DNA of 64,000 nucleotides. Origin: a virus. Where the stretch lies: positions 134,397 to 198,396 of the IMG/VR virus record IMGVR_UViG_3300047311_000323. One strand, given 5' to 3'. How positions within the stretch are numbered: the stretch's first letter is position 1; every line of letters starts with the position of its first letter. Both the position numbers and the translations under genes were made by a program. The notes beneath the pieces are model-generated. The model saw nothing but the letters and a program-made list of their open reading frames with translations, had not been told where the DNA came from and searched no databases. Positions 55,381 through 63,926 of this stretch are shown one piece after another.

Positions 55381-55851
55381 TCATTTTAGTTTCGATATCA
55401 ATTTCGCCAACTTGTTAGTTTCTTTTCGAATAAACGAAAAGTCTTTATAGGTCTGCGATGATATCATTTTAGCCATATTGGGGTCGCTATTATCTAGCTT
55501 TAGTAAAGGCATCAAATCTCCACCATGTGAAGTTTCAATACCAATCCACCAATAACTTTTGGCATGTTCTTTATACTTAGCCGGTAATCGACCGGCTCCA
55601 CTCAATCCGCCATACACAGCAAGAAAGACATCCATCATTACTGGGTCCTTCAACATCTCCTCAACTGATTTACCGAAGAGAGGGTGACCTTCATCTACTG
55701 CAACGAATCCTTTCCATACGCCCATTCCCATATCTCGAATGGCTAGACAAGGCAGTCGGTGCTCCCAGAAACACAAGTCAGGCTCGTTTAGCCACTTACC
55801 AGGAGGGAAGTTTTGTTTGCTGTAAAACTCGATGAAGATTATGTTATTCAC
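55381..55851 (-). CDS. Hypothetical protein (GTG start proposed)
   Basis: TGTTATATT 7 nt upstream of the GTG at 55851. Confidence 0.7.
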   Translation of the reverse strand: MNNIIFIEFYSKQNFPPGKWLNEPDLCFWEHRLPCLAIRDMGMGVWKGFVAVDEGHPLFGKSVEEMLKDPVMMDVFLAVYGGLSGAGRLPAKYKEHAKSYWWIGIETSHGGDLMPLLKLDNSDPNMAKMISSQTYKDFSFIRKETNKLAKLISKLK

Positions 55852-55886
55852 ATTAATGAATATAACACACCTCGCCCACACCCTGC

Positions 55887-55914
55887 AACGTAAGCACGCC
55901 GTAGCGCCTGTCAA
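55887..55914 (-). promoter_or_regulatory. Sigma70-like promoter
   Basis: TTGACA-N16-TACGTT. Confidence 0.5.
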
Positions 55915-55921
55915 GTGCGCG

Positions 55922-56416
55922 TCAGGAGAATAAGTTATACAACTTCAATTTGGGAACTGATTGTATCGCTTGGGGATATTTCTCTGCTACCCTAATTATT
56001 TGTAGCTTGATGCTTAATGGGCTGACTCTCAACAAGGTTTCAATTAGTTTCGGGTCTTCTTGCCTAAAAACAAAATCGAAAGCATCATTGACAAATAAAA
56101 CGGATAGTTTCTCTAGATACCCTAGATAGTTGATAAAGATTCTAATAACTACTTCTGGTTGAGTTTTATAGTAGTTTTGGAATAACCATTCATAAAAATG
56201 AATATGGATCCGGCCAAAAGGGCTTTCAAATATGGCATCTTCAAACAATTCTAGATCGTCTCCATCGGATGGGGAAATCTTAGAATCCAATACATATTTG
56301 GCTACGTTCCAGTAATACTGACGCTCAGTATTATTTCTCTGAGCGCGGTCAAACTTCTCATGATAAGGGTGATGCCTTTCATGATCGCAGCCAAATATGC
56401 AATGGGTCTCGTTCAT
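55922..56416 (-). CDS. Hypothetical protein (C-terminus KLKLYNLFS)
   Basis: 164-aa ORF. Confidence 0.75.
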   Translation of the reverse strand: MNETHCIFGCDHERHHPYHEKFDRAQRNNTERQYYWNVAKYVLDSKISPSDGDDLELFEDAIFESPFGRIHIHFYEWLFQNYYKTQPEVVIRIFINYLGYLEKLSVLFVNDAFDFVFRQEDPKLIETLLRVSPLSIKLQIIRVAEKYPQAIQSVPKLKLYNLFS

Positions 56417-58215
56417 TATGCACGTAGGTCAAAGGCGCGGCCAAATGGTGGATTGAAAACGCTTCCGCTAGTAATCAACCAAATGACATCTACGCCTGGG
56501 TGTTTCATCTCAGCTATGTCGGTATCCAACAAGAAACCGTCAGTAACTACAATTAGGAAGTCACAATGCCCAAGGTGCTTCTCATAGTCGGTAAAGAACT
56601 CGGCATACTTGGTTCCGCCACGTCCCACTACTCTAACCTTCATAATCTCTTCTGGAGATGCTTTCTTGATTTTGGTAGCGTCATCCCAATAGATTGTTGC
56701 GTCGGCTGGCACGATGGTGCCCTCTGAGCGCTCATCCAATGCGATAAGTTGCGACAGGCCAAAGGCCATGTCATCCTTGCTCATAGAGCCGCTGGTGTCC
56801 AGCAAACAGCCAAAGTGAGCGTAGTAGTTCCTTCTCTTAGGCACTAGGAGTCCCGAGAACATAGGACGAGTCTTGAAACGGGTCCAGTCATTGCGACCAT
56901 TACCAGCACGAGCTTTGAGAAGACGAGTACGGATAATGTCCTGCCAAGTTACCTTGGGAGCAGTCAGCTTACCAAGTTCATCTTCCAATGCAGCCGGAAC
57001 ATGTCCTGCCATCTTCTTGGCAGCTTCCATGGCATCAGAGATTCTCTTAGCAAGTTTCTCTTCTGACTCTTCTGAATCCATGTGGTCGTCTACCGTGCCA
57101 CCTAATCCAAAGATATCAGTTCCTCCGCCACATTCATCACAAGGCCCATCTTCAGATCCGGATCCCTGTGTTTGAGAACCACCACTATTAGATCCTTGTC
57201 CTGGTTGTCCTTGTCCCTGATCAGGCTGATTGCCAGGTCCGTGGTCGGGGCAATTGCACTGTTGTCCATCTCCGTGGTCATGCGGACCATTCGGCTGTCC
57301 TTGAGAACCACCTTGACCTGGCTGGCCTTGACCATTTCCTTGATCCGACTGACCAGACTGTCCAGACTGTCCTTGTTGTCCATTTTGACCCTGTTGACCT
57401 TGTTGTCCCTTTTGGCCTTGCTGTCCCTGCTGACCTTTTTGATTCTTCGCCTTGGGTTTATGGTAAACGCCAAGTCTTCCACACTTCGGGCATTTAGGAA
57501 GTAGATTGAAAAGAATGTCGTAGATTTTCTCCGGCTTCTTCATATCTTCATCGAGATTTGGATCACCGTAATAGAATCGAACACCCTTCTCACGCTTCTC
57601 TAAAGCCTTCTGCTCTTCTGGAGTTAGCTCGCGGTCTTCATTAGGATTCTTGAAAGTTACATCTGGTGTATTAGCATTAGGATCCTGCACACCAAAATTG
57701 ATATCCTCAAACCCAGGAAGCTTCTGATATGGATTCTTGACAAGCTCACAGAATGTAGCAAAGGGCATGAAGCGCCCTAGGTGCTTAGTAAACTCAGCCG
57801 CTGGGTCTTTCCTGCGTGCCTTGAAGTCTTCCATAACTGTACCATTAACGATATAGTCTACGGCAATATTCCAAAGCTTTGGATTTCTGGAGCCTCTACG
57901 AGATGGATGCATGTAGATAGCGTGCCATGCTTCGTGAGCACAGACGATTCTCAATCCTCTTTGGGAGTGCTTAAGAATGAATCGTGGATTCCAATAGTAT
58001 CTCTTTCCATCGGTTGCGGCAGTAGGAATATTCAAAGTGCAAATATGTTCTACTGGATACATGAGGCTAAAGATCAATGGATCTCCACCCATGCCGGTTG
58101 CTACGTGCTCGTTGTCATATCTGACAGCTAGCTCCAAGAATACCTTAGACAGCTTATCTTCTGCCTGAGATACTAATTTTGGATCAATTTTCCCTATTAC
58201 TCTGCTGAATTTCAT
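56416..58215 (-). CDS. DUF2201-type metallopeptidase-like plus VWA domain protein with a Gly/Gln-rich linker
   Basis: TAATDG, HEAWH (HExxH), WNIAVD, DTSGSMS (MIDAS), GRGGT, VTDG. Confidence 0.88.
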   Translation of the reverse strand: MKFSRVIGKIDPKLVSQAEDKLSKVFLELAVRYDNEHVATGMGGDPLIFSLMYPVEHICTLNIPTAATDGKRYYWNPRFILKHSQRGLRIVCAHEAWHAIYMHPSRRGSRNPKLWNIAVDYIVNGTVMEDFKARRKDPAAEFTKHLGRFMPFATFCELVKNPYQKLPGFEDINFGVQDPNANTPDVTFKNPNEDRELTPEEQKALEKREKGVRFYYGDPNLDEDMKKPEKIYDILFNLLPKCPKCGRLGVYHKPKAKNQKGQQGQQGQKGQQGQQGQNGQQGQSGQSGQSDQGNGQGQPGQGGSQGQPNGPHDHGDGQQCNCPDHGPGNQPDQGQGQPGQGSNSGGSQTQGSGSEDGPCDECGGGTDIFGLGGTVDDHMDSEESEEKLAKRISDAMEAAKKMAGHVPAALEDELGKLTAPKVTWQDIIRTRLLKARAGNGRNDWTRFKTRPMFSGLLVPKRRNYYAHFGCLLDTSGSMSKDDMAFGLSQLIALDERSEGTIVPADATIYWDDATKIKKASPEEIMKVRVVGRGGTKYAEFFTDYEKHLGHCDFLIVVTDGFLLDTDIAEMKHPGVDVIWLITSGSVFNPPFGRAFDLRA

Positions 58216-58253
58216 TTAGGCTCCATAGATCATATATCTTGGGAAATTAAGGA

Positions 58254-59381
58254 TTATTGATCAACTTCCTTATTGATTCTACCAAGAACCTGAGCCCAAT
58301 CGGGGTGCTCATCCAAATTGAACTTGACTAGACGTTCAATCTGAACCTGGCTACGAACGGCAACCAGAACATTCTCGTGAGAGACCTTGTGCAAGAACTT
58401 GCCGACATGCTTGATAGCCGGAGGCAATTCTCCACCAGCTTCAACATGGTCTAGCTGATTGGCCAGACGAGTGCAAGTGATCATACACGCAACCAACTTC
58501 TTAGTTGGCTCAAGCTCGCCATACTTGGCAGAGACATCTTGGCCGTTGTAGATTTTCTCTACCATTGGCAAGAGTTCCATGTAGTGCTCGTAGTAGTTGG
58601 AATACTTGATTCCAGCATCCTTGCCAACACAGCCCGCTACCTTCTTATTCAGAAGATAAGTGCTCCAGCCCCGGTCTTCTCCAGCAAAGAGAATCTGAGA
58701 AGCACGATCCCAACCACGAGGGGATGGATCGGCATATCTTTCTTCCGGGTCTACGGCTCCAAACAAATCCCTTGAATGGTCGTGGATATAAGCAGTAACA
58801 GAAGGATGGATACGACCAGACTTGCCGGCCCAATCCAACCAAGAGGTTGCATCGGCTTCTACTAGGAACTTTTCAGTTCTATCTAGGAGAGGCAGGCTAG
58901 GACGCTGACCACCTTCAGAGATAAGGTTACCAGTCATGATGATGGCATGCAGATTTGGCAATGCCCTACCGTTGATGGTTCTGAACTGAGTAAACTCTAG
59001 CAAAGGAGCCCAGAGGCTTGGGTCTGCCTTGTCTACTTCGTCAAGCAAAGCAACTACGCCCTGCTTGCCCTCAATCATCTCTTCGTAGAATTTGGGCATC
59101 AAGAAGTCAACATACTGACTGTTTCTGGATGGAGCGGTAACGTCAGGATAACCTCCCAAGTCAACCCTTTCCATAACAGAGAGGTTCAGATAGACTTCTT
59201 TGAAGTCCAACTTCTTGATCTCAGCTTTAGAGATTTCTGTTTTGCCAGTTCCACGGCGGCCAAAGACGGCAATGTTGCCACCCATTTGGATAGTGGCTGA
59301 GGTATGCTCTGATAGTTCTTTTGTAGATAGCTTCTGCAGATTGAAATCTGATGTAGCCATTTGTGGCTGATGAGTAGGCAT
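58254..59381 (-). CDS. MoxR-type AAA+ ATPase (copy 2)
   Basis: GRRGTGKT, ALLDE, TGN, LLDRT, SPRGW. Confidence 0.88.
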   Translation of the reverse strand: MPTHQPQMATSDFNLQKLSTKELSEHTSATIQMGGNIAVFGRRGTGKTEISKAEIKKLDFKEVYLNLSVMERVDLGGYPDVTAPSRNSQYVDFLMPKFYEEMIEGKQGVVALLDEVDKADPSLWAPLLEFTQFRTINGRALPNLHAIIMTGNLISEGGQRPSLPLLDRTEKFLVEADATSWLDWAGKSGRIHPSVTAYIHDHSRDLFGAVDPEERYADPSPRGWDRASQILFAGEDRGWSTYLLNKKVAGCVGKDAGIKYSNYYEHYMELLPMVEKIYNGQDVSAKYGELEPTKKLVACMITCTRLANQLDHVEAGGELPPAIKHVGKFLHKVSHENVLVAVRSQVQIERLVKFNLDEHPDWAQVLGRINKEVDQ

Positions 59382-59416
59382 GCTTTTCCTTCCTTACAAT
59401 AAAGGGAATCACTAAC

Positions 59417-59451
59417 AATATACTCATGTTAGGGTTATCGTCAACCCTAGC
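59417..59451 (-). promoter_or_regulatory. Sigma70-like promoter with an inverted repeat over the -35 element
   Basis: TTGACG-N16-TATATT; TAGGGTT-N6-AACCCTA at 59430-59449. Confidence 0.65.
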
Positions 59452-59497
59452 ACAAAGAAAAAAGATTTTAGCAATTCCCTACGTTACGCGACACAAT

Positions 59498-59878
59498 TCA
59501 CGAAAATATGGTATAAGTTTTGAGCTTCTCGTACAATTTGTTTTTGTCAGAGAAATTTACAGTGAAAGAAGGGATGGCAAAGAGGTGCTTTCCCTTTCGA
59601 TCACTGATATCAAAGTAATCTTCAATATAGTTATTGAAGACACGAAACTCTTTACAGGTGAAAGTAAAGCCAGTATACTCGGTTATACCATCATCGCCTT
59701 GTAAAGAATGTATTTCAAATCTCTCTTTACAATTAGAGCAGGTAAGTATTTCCTTATCGGCCTTTAGAGAGGTGCCGGGCAACCAATCACTTTTAAGATC
59801 TAAAGAGTCATCAGTAAAAGCAAAACTACAGTAAAGACATTTTGGAGTATCTTTATCTATTAGTTCATGCAGTTTCAA
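59498..59878 (-). CDS. Zn-ribbon hypothetical protein (C-terminus KLKTYTIFS)
   Basis: CLYC...CSNC. Confidence 0.75.
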   Translation of the reverse strand: MKLHELIDKDTPKCLYCSFAFTDDSLDLKSDWLPGTSLKADKEILTCSNCKERFEIHSLQGDDGITEYTGFTFTCKEFRVFNNYIEDYFDISDRKGKHLFAIPSFTVNFSDKNKLYEKLKTYTIFS

Positions 59879-60183
59879 TTAATTTCCTCAGGATCCATCT
59901 CGAATTCTAATGAACCATCAACAAAACGATTAAGCATGTCAATGTGAATTTCCCACGGATCTTTACGCCCAAAACAAATCTGGGCCGCTGTATACATCAT
60001 CCTGCCAATCAAATGGTCTGGGCAGTCCCTCTCAGTTAGCCTATCGGCTAACCATTGGCCTGCATAACAGACTTCTCGAACGATTGGGTTTTGAGCTAAT
60101 CCCTCAGAGATGAGTGGATCGGTATCAATTTTTTCTGACCATTTATCTAGGTCATCATTTGTCACGGAACTTGGTCTAGGCAT
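59875..60183 (-). CDS. Hypothetical protein
   Basis: 102-aa ORF. Confidence 0.7.
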   Translation of the reverse strand: MPRPSSVTNDDLDKWSEKIDTDPLISEGLAQNPIVREVCYAGQWLADRLTERDCPDHLIGRMMYTAAQICFGRKDPWEIHIDMLNRFVDGSLEFEMDPEEIN

Positions 60184-61379
60184 TTATCCTCAATAAGCAA
60201 GCGACAGAAATGCTTTTTGCCCTTTCGGACTATCAACTCATCTCCAAACTTAGTTTTGGAAACAGTGGTAGTTGGATCGGTAAGCACCTCTTGATTTATT
60301 GTAATTCCTTTGTTGAGAATCAAATTTCTTGCTTCAGTGCGAGATTTCGCAAATCCACATTTGATTATCACTTCAAGGACGTGAGTTCCTTCTAAAACTG
60401 GCAGAGCTGCCAATTCAGAGGTATCCCGTTTCTCGAACAAGGCTTCCGCCTGTTCGAGAACTTGCCGTGCTATTTCAATGCCATGAACTAGTCTAGTAAC
60501 TTCGAATGCTAAGAATTTCTTAGCTGAATTGATATCCACAAACTGATCAGTTATTTCTGAAAAGGCCGGACATATCTCCTGTGTGAAAAAGCTGATGCAT
60601 TGTTTTACTTTTGCATCTTCAATGTTTCGCCAGAACTGGAAAAACTCAAACGGAGAAGTTTTCTCTGGGTCAAGCCAGACCGCTCCTTTTTCAGTCTTCC
60701 CCATCTTGGTTCCATCTGAATTGACCAACAAAGGTAGCGTCAGGCCGAATACTTCATGCCCGTGCTTCTTGTGAATCAAATCAATACCGGCCAGAATGTT
60801 AGACCACTGATCATCTCCGCCAATTTGCAAGATACAGTTTTCTTCCAGATGAAGCATGCGGAAGTCCTGCGCCTGCATAATCATGTAGTTGAACTCAAGG
60901 AAAGAGAGTCCATGTTCCATGCGGCTCTTGAAACAATCTGCACGCAGCATATTGTTGACAGAGAAGAACGGACCAATGGTGCGTAACACGGTTAGAAAAT
61001 CCGCGTCATCAAACCACTGCATGTTAGAGACGACTTGGACATCTTTCCCCATTATATTCTGAATTTGTCCTGCAATAGCCTCGCCATTCACTCTAATATC
61101 AGAGTGAGAAAGCATCTTGCGCATTTCAGATTTTCCGGTGGGATCACCAATCAGAGCGGTAGCACCACCAATTAGCATGATAGGTTTATGTCCCGCATCA
61201 GCTAAACGTTTGGCCGTGACAATTTGCAGTAGATGACCTACATGCAAACTGTCAGCGGTCGGGTCAAACCCAATGTAGAAAGTAACTGGAGTTTCTGAGT
61301 TGAGTAGTTGACGTAACTTCTCTGCGTTGGTCGTCTGTTTAATCAGACCACGCTGCTCCAAATCTTCAAAAACTTTCAT
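60162..61379 (-). CDS. tyrS: Tyrosyl-tRNA synthetase
   Basis: GFDPTADSLHVGH, EFNYMIMQAQDF, QIGGDDQWSNI, KMGKT, C-terminal S4-like domain. Confidence 0.97.
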   Translation of the reverse strand: MKVFEDLEQRGLIKQTTNAEKLRQLLNSETPVTFYIGFDPTADSLHVGHLLQIVTAKRLADAGHKPIMLIGGATALIGDPTGKSEMRKMLSHSDIRVNGEAIAGQIQNIMGKDVQVVSNMQWFDDADFLTVLRTIGPFFSVNNMLRADCFKSRMEHGLSFLEFNYMIMQAQDFRMLHLEENCILQIGGDDQWSNILAGIDLIHKKHGHEVFGLTLPLLVNSDGTKMGKTEKGAVWLDPEKTSPFEFFQFWRNIEDAKVKQCISFFTQEICPAFSEITDQFVDINSAKKFLAFEVTRLVHGIEIARQVLEQAEALFEKRDTSELAALPVLEGTHVLEVIIKCGFAKSRTEARNLILNKGITINQEVLTDPTTTVSKTKFGDELIVRKGKKHFCRLLIEDKCLDQVP

Positions 61380-61399
61380 TGGGTTTCTCGTATTCCTAG

Positions 61400-62362
61400 T
61401 TAGAGACCTACGGCTTTCCTTACATTCTTCATTGTGAATGTAGTAGTACAAGCCGCTCTTGCCGCACCGTCTTCAAGAATTGCCTCGACATAGTCTTGGT
61501 TTTTCTTCAAGTCATTGTACAACTCACGCGGTTTGGCGAAGTAATCTTGGTAATGCTCGAACAGCATATTCTTCAGATCACCATAGCCAAGATAGCCTTC
61601 TCGCAATTCATTCTCAGCTTCTTGGGCTATATCGGCAGGCGCTACCAGCTTTAGCAATTGAATTGCAATGTTCTGGTCAGCATCAGGTTTAGGCGTAGCC
61701 AGAGAGCGGCTATCCATCACAATGGACATGATTTTCTTCTTGAGAGTCTTTTCATCACCAAACACATCAAGTGTGTTGCCGTGACTCTTAGACATCTTAC
61801 CGCCATCAGTTCCAGGAACAATAGCAACTTGTTCTTGAATATATGGCTCGGGAAGAGTAAACACATCTCCATATGCCGCATTGAACTTGACAGCGATATC
61901 GCGGGCAACTTCTAGATGCTGCATCTGATCTTTGCCAACGGGCACCAGATTAGATTGGTAGATAAGAATGTCAGCAGCCATCAACACAGGATAAGCAAAC
62001 AGCCCATGATTGGCCGAGATACCTTTGGAGGTCTTATCCTTGTAGCTGTGACATCTCTCCAGCAACCCCATTGGGGTTACTGTGGATAGCATCCAGGCCA
62101 GTTCAGTTACTTGTGGTACATCTGACTGCTTGAAGAAGGTTGTCTTCAATGGGTCAAGACCACAAGCTAGAAGGGTGGTGGCTGCTTCAATAGAGTTTTC
62201 TTTACGTTCTTTTGCATCAAACAATGAGGTCATTGAGTGATAGTCCGCCAAGAAACAAAACACTTCTCCCTTGTCTTGGAAACCAAGCAACGGCTTGATC
62301 ATTCCAAAATAGTTTCCGATGTGAATTGTTCCTGACGGCTGTATGCCTGACAGGATTTTCAT
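61400..62362 (-). CDS. trpS: Tryptophanyl-tRNA synthetase
   Basis: SGIQPSGTIHIGNY, YPVLMAADIL, VPVGKDQ.QH, KMSKS. Confidence 0.97.
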   Translation of the reverse strand: MKILSGIQPSGTIHIGNYFGMIKPLLGFQDKGEVFCFLADYHSMTSLFDAKERKENSIEAATTLLACGLDPLKTTFFKQSDVPQVTELAWMLSTVTPMGLLERCHSYKDKTSKGISANHGLFAYPVLMAADILIYQSNLVPVGKDQMQHLEVARDIAVKFNAAYGDVFTLPEPYIQEQVAIVPGTDGGKMSKSHGNTLDVFGDEKTLKKKIMSIVMDSRSLATPKPDADQNIAIQLLKLVAPADIAQEAENELREGYLGYGDLKNMLFEHYQDYFAKPRELYNDLKKNQDYVEAILEDGAARAACTTTFTMKNVRKAVGL

Positions 62363-62365
62363 AAC

Positions 62366-62770
62366 TTATTCCCAACTTATAAACAAAAGGTCATCCGAAT
62401 CACAGTCGGTATTTGAATGCCATGCTGTGATTTCGTTGCTGACGGTACATTTGAAACCTTCTCGTTTCAATTCGTCTGATACCAGTTCAGCACTTTCTTT
62501 CGTGATACCTAGATCACTTAACCATAGACTGATTGATAAATCTCCTCTTTTAGCGGCTTGGGAGGCCCGCCAAAGAAGTTGGTCTGCTAGGCGTTGGGTT
62601 TTGACTCGATGTAATTGAAGTCTGGCATCAGCAGTGATAATACGCAGTTTGTCTGCCATTCTAGCTGGCTTAGGGCGAGATACAATTGCCCCTTCGGAAC
62701 TTATAGCTACACTGCACATACAGACGGCGGGATGCCGACTACAGCCATCGCAAATGTCATTGAGTTCCAT
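62366..62770 (-). CDS. Hypothetical protein
   Basis: AAGGT SD before MELND; N-terminal CxxC..C.C. Confidence 0.65.
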   Translation of the reverse strand: MELNDICDGCSRHPAVCMCSVAISSEGAIVSRPKPARMADKLRIITADARLQLHRVKTQRLADQLLWRASQAAKRGDLSISLWLSDLGITKESAELVSDELKREGFKCTVSNEITAWHSNTDCDSDDLLFISWE

Positions 62771-62778
62771 AATATACC

Positions 62779-62916
62779 TTAGTGATGTAATCCCGCTTGA
62801 ATCATACAGCTCGCAAAACAGAGGCCCATCCATATCGCAAATGCGATTGTACTTCCGGCTGACTTAATTGCTTCGGCAAGCTGCCTTGCATGACGATCTT
62901 CCATTTTGTGCTCCAT
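62779..62916 (-). CDS. Small membrane protein (45 aa)
   Basis: Hand-translated; hydrophobic C-half. Confidence 0.5.
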   Translation of the reverse strand: MEHKMEDRHARQLAEAIKSAGSTIAFAIWMGLCFASCMIQAGLHH

Positions 62917-62920
62917 AAAC

Positions 62921-62942
62921 AAAAATAGCGCCTTTCGGCGCT
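62921..62942 (-). terminator. Intrinsic terminator after the tRNA cluster
   Basis: AGCGCC-GAAA-GGCGCT followed by ATTTTT. Confidence 0.75.
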
Positions 62943-62944
62943 CT

Positions 62945-63019
62945 TGGTATCCCCAACAGGAATTGAACCTGTACTGTTTGTTTCGAAGACAAACGTGATA
63001 TCCGTTTCACTATGGGGAC
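62945..63019 (-). tRNA. tRNA-Arg(UCG)
   Basis: Cloverleaf, CT-TCG-AA, CCA. Confidence 0.9.
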
Positions 63020-63031
63020 ATAGTTTCTTCT

Positions 63032-63106
63032 TGGTACCCTTAGTAGGAATCGAACCTACATCTTCGGTTTCGTAGACCGACGTTCTATCCGTTGAACTAT
63101 AAGGGC
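63032..63106 (-). tRNA. tRNA-Arg(ACG)
   Basis: Cloverleaf, CT-ACG-AA, CCA. Confidence 0.92.
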
Positions 63107-63121
63107 ATGGATAGACTTACT

Positions 63122-63196
63122 TGGCACCTCTGGTAGGATTCGAACCTACATATGTCTGCTTAGAAGGCAGATGCCCATCCCTTGGACCACAGAGGC
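63122..63196 (-). tRNA. tRNA-Arg(UCU)
   Basis: Cloverleaf, CT-TCT-AA, CCA. Confidence 0.92.
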
Positions 63197-63201
63197 GTAC
63201 T

Positions 63202-63277
63202 TGGCGACCCATACGGGAGTCGAACCCGTATTAGCAACGTGAGAGGCTGCCGTCCTGAACCATTAGACGAATGGGCC
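63202..63277 (-). tRNA. tRNA-Glu(CUC)
   Basis: Cloverleaf, CT-CTC-AC, CCA. Confidence 0.92.
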
Positions 63278-63315
63278 GTACGTATCTACTATAACATCTT
63301 ATTGGCAGGTTTTGT

Positions 63316-63726
63316 TCACTTTTGAGCGCTGCCAACTAACATCACACACAAATCTAATAACTCGCCGCATCGTTGTAAAGCCTGGCGTTTTTCTTTAATA
63401 AACGCTGCGTAATTGGTTTTGTTTTCATTTGGCGCGATTGGCCCCGAACAAAACTTCCGACTTTCTACCACGGGCTTCATAGTTACCCGGTCATAGAAAG
63501 TAACCTGAACACAAGAAGAAATCATTGCTGGATTTCTATTATGGAATTTACAAGGGACCCAAACTAACTTGTCATTTAGTTCTTCTACTTGACAAGAGAA
63601 ATCAACTAAACCATCAGTGCCACGTGCAATGATAACTGGAACGTTATCTCCTGGGGGAGTGACAGGTTGAATAGGGGTGGAGGCGCAGCCGGCTAATACC
63701 AGCAGTGCGAATAGAAAATTCTTCAT
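63316..63726 (-). CDS. Putative lipoprotein
   Basis: Signal peptide with LAGC lipobox. Confidence 0.7.
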   Translation of the reverse strand: MKNFLFALLVLAGCASTPIQPVTPPGDNVPVIIARGTDGLVDFSCQVEELNDKLVWVPCKFHNRNPAMISSCVQVTFYDRVTMKPVVESRKFCSGPIAPNENKTNYAAFIKEKRQALQRCGELLDLCVMLVGSAQK

Positions 63727-63746
63727 TGGACTTACCTTAATTTGAA

Positions 63747-63923
63747 TTATCTACGGCAAACAGCGTAAGTGTCGACTCCGACAAATCCACAGTAAGTGCC
63801 TCTTTGGCAATCCATATTACTGCGGCAAGTTTGATAACCTTCTGGTACGCGATAAACAGTAGGAGTTGAACTGCAACTAATGATAGCGAGTGTGAAAATT
63901 AGAAGTGCGAGATACTTTTTCAT
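63747..63923 (-). CDS. Small Cys-rich putative lipoprotein
   Basis: IISC lipobox-like; C..N.DC..G.YC...C. Confidence 0.6.
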   Translation of the reverse strand: MKKYLALLIFTLAIISCSSTPTVYRVPEGYQTCRSNMDCQRGTYCGFVGVDTYAVCRR

Positions 63924-63926
63924 TTT

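Noticed and set aside
57190-57430. CRISPR array or non-coding tandem repeat
   Set aside because: The 9-nt periodic repeats encode the QGQ/SGQ linker in frame; there are no constant repeats with unique spacers. No CRISPR array was seen anywhere in the window.
350-62867. Opposite-strand or alternative-frame ORFs in the track (for example 747-1025, 31348-32043, 40151-40687, 56873-57175)
   Set aside because: They lie antisense to well-supported genes, lack SD or promoter context and show no recognisable motifs.
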